Part shown: one piece after another, positions 8,633-14,528 of the stretch
Numbering within the stretch: the first letter of the stretch is position 1
Layout of the letters: the number at the start of each line of letters is the position of its first letter
Assembly (NCBI RefSeq): GCF_000018105.1
Contig: NC_009925.1
Coordinates: 3,810,001-3,842,000, forward strand
Direction of reading: 5' to 3'
DNA: 32,000 nucleotides
DNA from: Acaryochloris marina MBIC11017
GTDB taxonomy: Bacteria; Cyanobacteriota; Cyanobacteriia; Thermosynechococcales; Thermosynechococcaceae
Notes under the pieces: generated by a model
Told to the model about the DNA's origin: nothing
What the model saw: only the letters and a program-made list of their open reading frames with translations
The model's database searches: none
Position numbers and translations under genes: made by a program

Positions 8633-9736
8633 TTAGCGCTTGGCGTCAGCTTGATAGTAAACTTTTTCCCCATGATCAGGAACGTATCGGCAATCTCTTA
8701 AGGCAGTCCATAAACTTTTCCAAATGGGATCGGAAGACTTCCGATAGTACTCACCTAAGACCGGCTTGATTGCTTCTGTTGCAGTCAGTAAATGATAGTG
8801 AGGCATACCCAAGAAAATATGGTGGGCGACATGAGTACCAATATTGTGATGGATAGGATTGATAAACCCATAGTCATGGTCGATGGTGGAGAGGGCACCT
8901 TTGAGAAAATACCAGTTATCATTGGGGTACCAAGGTATGCTGGGTACGGTATGGTGCAACAGCGTGACAACATCTAACCAAACGATAAAGACAATATAGG
9001 GGCCGAGATAATATTTAACTAAGAATAACCAGCCATTGGTATAGGTGAGCGCTGCTAGAAAAGCGATCATGGCTCCCCATAGGACTGTACTGGTGATGAC
9101 GTCCCATTTCTCGGAAGGCTTGAATAAAGGGCTACTGGGTAGGAAATGAGAGCCCTTGCGTCCAGGAGACCGTTTGAAGAGGTAAATGGGATAGGCCAAT
9201 AGGGTCAAATAGTAACGGACAAATTTGACATCCTTCGGCATCTCTCGGTATTGCGTTTCCGTGGGAGGGTACCAACTTTCGTCCGTGTCGATATTGCCTG
9301 TATTGGCATGGTGGGTCCGGTGACTAATGCGCCAACCATGGAAAGGAACCAAAATTGGCGTATGGCTGAGATGTCCGATCAGATCGTTTAACCACTTGTA
9401 TTTGGAAAAGGAGCGATGACCACAGTCATGGCCGACGACGAATAAAGCCCAAAACATGGTGCCTTGAGCTAACCAAAAGATGGGCCAAAACCATAGAGCA
9501 TCAATTTGATAGGCAATGGCGTATAAACCAGCGATAATACCGATATCTAAAAAGAAATATGAGAGAGATCGCCAGGCTGAGGGCTCAAAGCAATGAGGGG
9601 GAATGGCTGCCCTTATATCTTGAAGGGTAAAAGGTAATTCTCTAGACCTAGAGACGTCAGGGCCTCTGGTTTCAATACCGGTAGAGTTTTGCACGAAAAA
9701 ATACTGCTTCCTTACGCTGTAGTGACCGAGTCTCAT
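8633..9736 (-). CDS. desB: Acyl-lipid omega-3 (DesB-type) fatty acid desaturase
   Basis: ORF 8633-9772. Three His boxes are present: HDCGH, HRTHH (WRISHRTHHANTGNIDTDESWYP) and HVAHH. ELPFTLQDIRAAIPPHCFEPS and GALSTIDHDYGFINPIHHNIGTHVAHHIF match my recollection of Synechocystis DesB rather than DesA, which has HDHHH. The start at MRLGHY (9736) is chosen by analogy, and 9772 is also possible. Confidence 0.8.
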   Translation of the reverse strand: MRLGHYSVRKQYFFVQNSTGIETRGPDVSRSRELPFTLQDIRAAIPPHCFEPSAWRSLSYFFLDIGIIAGLYAIAYQIDALWFWPIFWLAQGTMFWALFVVGHDCGHRSFSKYKWLNDLIGHLSHTPILVPFHGWRISHRTHHANTGNIDTDESWYPPTETQYREMPKDVKFVRYYLTLLAYPIYLFKRSPGRKGSHFLPSSPLFKPSEKWDVITSTVLWGAMIAFLAALTYTNGWLFLVKYYLGPYIVFIVWLDVVTLLHHTVPSIPWYPNDNWYFLKGALSTIDHDYGFINPIHHNIGTHVAHHIFLGMPHYHLLTATEAIKPVLGEYYRKSSDPIWKSLWTALRDCRYVPDHGEKVYYQADAKR

Positions 9737-10025
9737 TCTATCTCTTAACAAGTCGTAATCAAAGTCAAGCAATGACTCCGGTAAAAGTTTACAAAGTGAA
9801 ATAGTATTGACTTCAGGACAGATTTTCCTGATATCTATCTGAGTTAATTCTTCGGGGGGGTGATCGAGGTCAATCTATTCGGGGATTGAGACCACTAAGC
9901 TCTAGTGAGCCATATCTTATTTGCTCCGACTCTGCAGAATTGGACTCACTGATTACATTAAACTTTGCTGAGCTAACGGTTTTCGACCCAATCCTCTGAC
10001 GTTATTTCAGAACATATCTCCTGCC

Positions 10026-10994
10026 ATGATTACTCATCAAACCCTCTGTAAGAAACATCATTCGTTGAAGCGCAACTGCTTAAAATTCTTGAGTGTGAGC
10101 AGTGTTCTTCTTATCCTTATCAGTGGATGCAGTTCGGATAGCTCTAAATCCAAATCGAAGGCCCAAACAGAGGATCCGGCAGCAGCAAGTTCTCCAGCGC
10201 CGCTCAACTCAACGCCGACAAAATTAAAGTTAACGGTCGCTTCTCCTGAGTCTTTGCGTGTTAAACAGGGGGATTTGATTGTTAAGGGGCAAATTTTGGT
10301 CGATCGGACTGCAGCCCGCCAAAATATTATGGCTCGTCGTCAGAAGGTGCAACAAGAAGTGGCGCTTTTAACGGCGACTGAACAGATTCCGACGGCTCCA
10401 ACCAATACCAATGCCGCAGAGGTTCAGGTACAGCAAGCCCGAGAACGGGTTCGTTTAGCGGATGCTGCGATTCAAGATTATCTGGCTAAATCTCCTTACA
10501 CTGATTTGGCCCGCCAAACCCTGCCTCTACCGACAGAGGAGAAACAGTTAGCACAGTTGCAGTTCGCCAAAACATCAGCCCAAGCCCAGTTAGAGCAGGC
10601 TATTGCCCAACGTAAGTCGTTGCAGGCATCTCAACAAGCTCGACAACAGGGGCAGGCGGTTGCGTCTAGTAAAAAGATTCAACTTCTCAATGAGCTGAAA
10701 ACCATTGAGGCCCAACTCCAGTCGTTTCAGGATATTCTGTCTCCCCATGATGCGATTGTGCAAAAGGTCGACTGGCAAAAAAAGGGAAAGAACGGGACAA
10801 CGGTCGAACTTGCCCTAGCCGTTCATTCCCTGTCGGATCCGATTCCATCCTTGTCGAATGGCACCAATAATCCTCTGCTATCGGTGCCGAGTCCTGCCCC
10901 TGCTAGCGGACAACCCTTTCCCAGTCTTCCTGCACCCCTAGCCCCCACTCCCCAACCGCCAGGGCAGGTTCCGACTGCTGCTCAGCAGCCGTGA
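10026..10994 (+). CDS. Putative lipoprotein with a lipoyl/HlyD-like barrel motif, a Gln-rich coiled coil and a Pro-rich tail
   Basis: Lipobox LLILISGCSS. LKLTVASPESLRVKQGDLIVKGQILVD resembles the barrel-sandwich hairpin of membrane-fusion proteins. A long Q/A-rich helical segment follows, and the C-terminus is P-rich. Confidence 0.6.
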   Translation: MITHQTLCKKHHSLKRNCLKFLSVSSVLLILISGCSSDSSKSKSKAQTEDPAAASSPAPLNSTPTKLKLTVASPESLRVKQGDLIVKGQILVDRTAARQNIMARRQKVQQEVALLTATEQIPTAPTNTNAAEVQVQQARERVRLADAAIQDYLAKSPYTDLARQTLPLPTEEKQLAQLQFAKTSAQAQLEQAIAQRKSLQASQQARQQGQAVASSKKIQLLNELKTIEAQLQSFQDILSPHDAIVQKVDWQKKGKNGTTVELALAVHSLSDPIPSLSNGTNNPLLSVPSPAPASGQPFPSLPAPLAPTPQPPGQVPTAAQQP

Positions 10995-11192
10995 TGGAGC
11001 AGTTTAATCCGGTAGCCATGGGCTAGATCGCTTGAGAACTATGGCGGTTATAAATTGAGTATGTTAAGGTCAATGACTGGATCAATGGCGTGCTGTGAGG
11101 CAATGGTTCAGATTCTGAATATCTGACTGGCACTTTGACGCTGAAAATTGCAGATCAGTGTACCGCCAAACCCACAAGGTTGATTCACGATT

Positions 11193-11264
11193 GCTCGATT
11201 AGCTCAGAGGGAGAGCACCGAGGGGCCATCTCGGGGGGCGTAGGTTCGAATCCTACATCGACAA
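11193..11264 (+). tRNA. Aberrant tRNA-type gene with a GCC (Gly-type) anticodon triplet, a non-canonical anticodon loop and a mismatched 5' acceptor end
   Basis: Hand-folded cloverleaf. The 5' acceptor strand is GCTCGAT, followed by TA. D arm GCTC/AGAGGGA/GAGC. Anticodon arm CCGAG/GGGCCAT/CTCGG. Variable loop GGGGC. T arm GTAGG/TTCGAAT/CCTAC. The 3' acceptor strand is ATCGACA with discriminator A. Pairs 3-70 to 7-66 are Watson-Crick, but 1-72 is G.A and 2-71 is C.C. Position 33 is G instead of the near-invariant U. No CCA is encoded. It could be a pseudogene. Confidence 0.5.
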
Positions 11265-11267
11265 AAC

Positions 11268-11341
11268 TGAAAGCTAGCTCAGTTGGTTAGAGCATCAGAC
11301 TCATAATCTGACGGACACAGGTTCAAATCCTGTACTTTCCA
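11268..11341 (+). tRNA. tRNA with CAU anticodon (elongator Met or Ile2 type) with U1.C72 and C7.A66 acceptor mismatches
   Basis: The 5' acceptor strand is TGAAAGC, with U8 and A9. D arm GCTC/AGTTGGTTA/GAGC. Anticodon arm TCAGA/CTCATAA/TCTGA. Variable loop CGGAC. T arm ACAGG/TTCAAAT/CCTGT. The 3' acceptor strand is ACTTTCC, discriminator A, then CC. The core is very close to bacterial elongator tRNA-Met. It lacks the GGG/CCC anticodon stem of an initiator. It starts only 3 nt after the previous tRNA-type gene. Confidence 0.75.
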
Positions 11342-11343
11342 CC

Positions 11344-11433
11344 GCCCGGTTACGGGCACCTCGTTTGGGACGAGTTATTTCATCTGGTACGGGAGCAATC
11401 CCAAGGTGGTTCGAATCCGCTAAGACAGCACCC
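11344..11433 (+). ncRNA. tRNA-derived element: a Pro(UGG)-type D and anticodon arm, a 29-nt insert with a GNRA hairpin, and a T arm. There is no 5' acceptor strand.
   Basis: GCCC/GGTTAC/GGGC (D-arm-like, 11344-11357). CCTCG/TTTGGGA/CGAGT (11359-11375); the loop is identical to tRNA-Pro UGG loops. A 29-nt segment follows containing GGGA-GCAA-TCCC (11391-11402). Then GGTGG/TTCGAAT/CCGCT (11405-11421, with two G.U pairs) and AAGACAG-C-ACC. Only CC separates it from the discriminator of the preceding tRNA. It does not fold into a canonical cloverleaf. Confidence 0.4.
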
Positions 11434-11496
11434 GGTTGTTGGTGTCGCGTTGAGTGGGTCACCTGGTGATCCACCCAACAATAGCCAAAGGCCAGC

Positions 11497-11504
11497 GCGA
11501 TCGC
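11497..11504. repeat. HIP1 palindrome GCGATCGC (representative copy of a dispersed cyanobacterial repeat)
   Basis: I counted exact GCGATCGC at 4018, 5928, 11497, 12257, 13616, 17312, 17858, 26123, 26487, 28459, 30239 and 30872 (start positions). This density is characteristic of HIP1-rich cyanobacterial genomes. Confidence 0.9.
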
Positions 11505-11537
11505 AGTTGATGATCGGCTTGAGTAGGGTCCTTTGCA

Positions 11538-11571
11538 GGGCAAAGTCTGGCGTTCCCTCCAGACTTTGCCC
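11538..11571 (+). promoter_or_regulatory. Perfect 13-bp stem-loop in the leader upstream of the SPFH-kinase-TLP genes
   Basis: GGGCAAAGTCTGG (11538-11550), loop CGTTCCCT, CCAGACTTTGCCC (11559-11571). No U-tract follows, so it is not a classical terminator. An upstream CTTTGC (11531-11536) can pair with GCAAAG (11540-11545) as an alternative. Confidence 0.5.
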
Positions 11572-11754
11572 TAGCGAACGCCCTATTTGTTGGCGGTTGG
11601 ACCCATGCTTAATCTTCGGGTTGAGTTGCGGTTCTGCTCCACCTTAATTCAGCCAGTCACGGGCGATGGCCCGCACTGTAACTGTTGATGCCAGCAGCTT
11701 AGGGTGCCTTTAAAAGTGCAGATGGACCTGCACGAGAAGAAGAAGGAAATATCA

Positions 11755-13287
11755 ATGTTTAAGTCTTTTTACATTAAGCCCCATGAGCGGGGCATGTTGT
11801 TCTATCGCAGTAAGTTTGAGATGTTTTTGCTGCCGGGTACCCATCGCCGCATGGGGTGGCATTGGCAGGTGAAGACCTTTGATTTAAATCAGCCCCAAGC
11901 CCAGATTGACCATTTGGAGCTGCTATTGCAAACCCATGCCCACAGTATGAATGAGTATTTTACGGTGGTGCGCACGGTTCATAATCAAGCTGCCTTAGTG
12001 CGATTGGGACAACAATGGTGCACGATTGGTCCCAACCAGCTGCAAGCGTTTTGGCGTGGCTTTATTGAGGTAGAAGTGCATCTATTTAATCTGGATGAAG
12101 GGATTGACCTGCCGTCTCAGTTTGTCCAGCGATTGCGAGATGTATCGCTACCGGATTTGAATCTAGTCTCAATTCCTGAATCTCAGCTAGGGATGCTCTA
12201 TGAGCAGGATAATTTTGTGCGGCCTCTCGCGTCTGGAGAGTATGGGTTTTGGACCTGCGATCGCAAAGTCAGTATTACCCGCTATGATCGCACTCGTCCC
12301 GATCCAGATTTTACGTTTGTGGACGTACTGGTCGATGATCATCCCGATTTTGTCACCAGTCACTGTGAATTCGTGCAGTTAGGCAATCAGGAGGTTGCCA
12401 TTGTTCGCCATCAGGGCAAAGTGATTAGGATTTTGCCCCCCTGCAGTCGCCAGTTGTTCTGGCAAGGGGTTGCTGTTGAGGTGATTGATATTAGCGATGA
12501 TGCCAAGCTCTCACCTACATTGGTGGCTGAGTTGGTGGCTGGGGTACCCGAGGTATTGGATTTAGCCTATGAGGCCCTGTATATCTTGGAAGTCCCGGCC
12601 CAGCATTTAGGATTGCTGTATGAAGCCAGCGCTTTTGTCGATACCCTTTCTCCCGGCTGGCATGTCTGGTGGACTTTTGGCCGAGCCTGGAAAACGGAAA
12701 TTGTGGATTTGCGTTTGCAAACCCTAGAAGTCTCTGGCCAGGAAATTTTATCCAAGGATAAGGTGTCCCTGCGTCTAAACCTGACAGCGGGGTATCGGAT
12801 TACGGATCCGGTACAGGCTAAAGCTGGCTTGAGCAATATTGAGGATTATCTCTATAAAGAGCTGCAATTTGCTCTACGTTCGGCCGTGGGGACCAAGTCT
12901 CTAGATCAACTCCTAGAAGACAAGGGGGCGATTGATGCCAGCGTCTCTGACTATATCCGTGAGAAAACCGAGCAATATGGAGTTGCTATCGCATCTGTCG
13001 GTGTCAAAGACATCATTCTGCCCGGTGAGATGAAGTCGATTCTCTGTCAGGTGGTGGAAGCGGAAAAATCCGCCCAGGCTAACGTAATTCGTCGTCGAGA
13101 GGAGACTGCTGCTACCCGCAGTATGCTCAACACCGCTAAGGTGATGGAGAGTAATCCCGTGGCCTTGCGCTTGAAAGAGCTGGAGGTGCTGGAACGGATT
13201 GCGGACAAAATTGAGCATATTCATGTCAATGGCGGTCTCGATAGTATCTTGACTGAGATGATCCGCATCAACGGAACTAGAGAATAG
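11755..13287 (+). CDS. SPFH/band-7 (stomatin/slipin-like) protein with a repeated N-terminal region
   Basis: ORF 11704-13287. ATG 11755 is preceded by GAAGGAAATATCA (SD-like), giving MFKSFYIKPHERGMLF. The C-terminal half is a clear SPFH domain followed by a coiled coil: EILSKDKVSLRLNLTAGYRITDP...YGVAIASVGVKDIILPGEMKSILCQVVEAEKSAQANVIRRREETAATRS...LRLKELEVLERIA. Confidence 0.85.
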   Translation: MFKSFYIKPHERGMLFYRSKFEMFLLPGTHRRMGWHWQVKTFDLNQPQAQIDHLELLLQTHAHSMNEYFTVVRTVHNQAALVRLGQQWCTIGPNQLQAFWRGFIEVEVHLFNLDEGIDLPSQFVQRLRDVSLPDLNLVSIPESQLGMLYEQDNFVRPLASGEYGFWTCDRKVSITRYDRTRPDPDFTFVDVLVDDHPDFVTSHCEFVQLGNQEVAIVRHQGKVIRILPPCSRQLFWQGVAVEVIDISDDAKLSPTLVAELVAGVPEVLDLAYEALYILEVPAQHLGLLYEASAFVDTLSPGWHVWWTFGRAWKTEIVDLRLQTLEVSGQEILSKDKVSLRLNLTAGYRITDPVQAKAGLSNIEDYLYKELQFALRSAVGTKSLDQLLEDKGAIDASVSDYIREKTEQYGVAIASVGVKDIILPGEMKSILCQVVEAEKSAQANVIRRREETAATRSMLNTAKVMESNPVALRLKELEVLERIADKIEHIHVNGGLDSILTEMIRINGTRE

Positions 13288-13326
13288 AGCCGATCGGGCA
13301 TCGGCTCCACACTGAAAAGGCAAACG

Positions 13327-13770
13327 ATGGAAGCTGTAATCTTGGTGGGTATTCAGGCTACGGGTAAATCGACGTTTTATCACCACCAGTTTGGACGCAC
13401 CCATGTGCGGATCAACCTGGATATGTTGAAAACACGACATCGTGAGCAACAGTTTTTGGATACCTGCCTAGTCACCCGCCAACGGTTTGTGGTGGATAAC
13501 ACGAATCCTACCCCTGCTGAGCGACAGCGGTATATCCAACCCGCTCAACAACAGGGTTTTTCGATTACGGGGTATTACTTTGAATCGAAGTTGGCAGCGG
13601 CTTTGATTCGGAATTGCGATCGCACGCCTGACCAACGCATTCCAGACAAAGGGATTCGCGGGACAGCCTCTCGCCTGATCTTGCCTACCTATGATGAGGG
13701 GTTTGACCAGCTTTTTTCCGTTCGTCTTCTTCCTCATCAACAATTTTCGGTTGAGGATTGGCAATTATGA
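13327..13770 (+). CDS. Polynucleotide 5'-hydroxyl kinase (P-loop, PNKP / T4 Pnk kinase-domain family)
   Basis: 147 aa. Walker A VGIQATGKST, then RINLD (catalytic Asp context), VVDNTNPTPAERQRYIQPAQQQGFSITGYYFES, IRNCDR and PTYDEGFDQLFSV. This is collinear with my recollection of the mammalian PNKP kinase domain (VIDNTNPD..SR.RYI..A...G...RCF.F, ...P...EGF) and T4 Pnk (GSGKST, NRDD, SDTN, RNSKR). RBS AAAGG lies 6 nt upstream. Confidence 0.85.
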   Translation: MEAVILVGIQATGKSTFYHHQFGRTHVRINLDMLKTRHREQQFLDTCLVTRQRFVVDNTNPTPAERQRYIQPAQQQGFSITGYYFESKLAAALIRNCDRTPDQRIPDKGIRGTASRLILPTYDEGFDQLFSVRLLPHQQFSVEDWQL

Positions 13771-14528
13771 AATTTACTGAACTCGATCAAACCTTGAGGA
13801 TCTATGAAACCGCTTATGACCTCTGCGTTCTGCCTGGGCTGCAGATGGTCGCTCGGTTAGATGGACGGAATTTTACTCGGTTAACGAAAGAAACCCTCGA
13901 TTTAGATGCTCCCTTTGATGCCACCTTTCGAGATGCCATGGTGGCAACGGTTCAGCATTTGATGACCTGTGGATTTCGAGTCCTTTATGGCTATACCCAA
14001 AGCGATGAAATCTCTTTACTGCTGCACCCAGACGAGCAGACCTTTGCTCGTAAGCTACGTAAACTCAACTCCGTGCTTGCAGCGGAAGCTAGTGCGAAAA
14101 TGTCGTTGATCTTAGGCTGTATAGCAGTTTTCGACTGTCGAATCTCCCAACTGCCAACGGTGGATTTAGTGGTCGACTACTTCCGATGGCGACAAGAAGA
14201 TGCCCATCGCAATGCCCTCAATGCCCATTGCTACTGGATGTTGCGTAAAGGGGGTGATTCAGCGGGCACTGCAACCCAGAAATTAGAGGGATTATCCGTT
14301 GGCGATAAAAATGAATTGCTGTTTCAACTGGGGCAGATGAACTTTAACGACTTACCCCCCTGGCAAAAACGAGGAGTGGGCTGTCTTTGGCAGTCGTATC
14401 CAACGGCAGGTGTTAACCCTGTTTCAGGAGAAGTATCTCAAGGGACGCGAACGAAAATCGGCGTTGAGCTTAACTTGCCGATGAAAGAGCACTACAGGGA
14501 ATTTATCCTTAAGCGAATGACGCTCTAG
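13767..14528 (+). CDS. Thg1-like protein (TLP), tRNA(His) guanylyltransferase family 3'-5' nucleotidyltransferase
   Basis: ORF 13758-14528. ATG 13767 overlaps the kinase TGA (ATGA). Family hallmarks are VARLDGRNFTRLT, YGYTQSDEISLLL, VFDCRISQLP, DYFRWRQEDAHRNALNAHCYWML, GDKNELLF and WQKRG. These are collinear with eukaryotic Thg1 (VVRLDGRNFHRF, YGQSDEYSFVF, FDGRVV, YLSWRQADCHINNLYN, DKNEILF, RKG). Confidence 0.9.
   Translation: MKFTELDQTLRIYETAYDLCVLPGLQMVARLDGRNFTRLTKETLDLDAPFDATFRDAMVATVQHLMTCGFRVLYGYTQSDEISLLLHPDEQTFARKLRKLNSVLAAEASAKMSLILGCIAVFDCRISQLPTVDLVVDYFRWRQEDAHRNALNAHCYWMLRKGGDSAGTATQKLEGLSVGDKNELLFQLGQMNFNDLPPWQKRGVGCLWQSYPTAGVNPVSGEVSQGTRTKIGVELNLPMKEHYREFILKRMTL

Noticed and set aside
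11032-11190. Promoter for the tRNA cluster (TTGAGA at 11032 with TATAAA at 11049, and TTGACG around 11136)
   Set aside because: The hexamer spacing is wrong (11 nt) for the first pair, and no acceptable -10 follows the second. I cannot support a promoter call by eye.
11344-11433. Third tRNA-like element as a tmRNA, a class II (long-variable-arm) tRNA, tRNA-Sec or an intron-containing tRNA
   Set aside because: There is no 5' strand complementary to the 3' acceptor AAGACAG, no tag-peptide reading frame and no tmRNA pseudoknots. A 29-nt variable region exceeds class II arms, and the anticodon arm is Pro(UGG)-type. The insert is far too short for a group I intron and is not located in the anticodon loop.
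11301-11647. Track ORFs 11301-11543 (-) and 11450-11647 (+) as protein-coding genes
   Set aside because: They run through the tRNA genes (for example ...STGFEPVSVRL is the translation of a T arm) and through the hairpin-dense leader. They have no recognisable motifs or RBS. They are best explained as chance ORFs over structured RNA.
13289-13305. Hairpin GCCGAT-CGGGC-ATCGGC between the SPFH and kinase genes as a terminator
   Set aside because: It has only 6 bp and no U-tract, and an RBS and ATG follow 10-20 nt later. It is more consistent with an intra-operon element.
12913-13449. 178-aa ORF on the - strand
   Set aside because: It is entirely antisense to the well-supported SPFH C-terminus and the kinase N-terminus, and it has no motifs.
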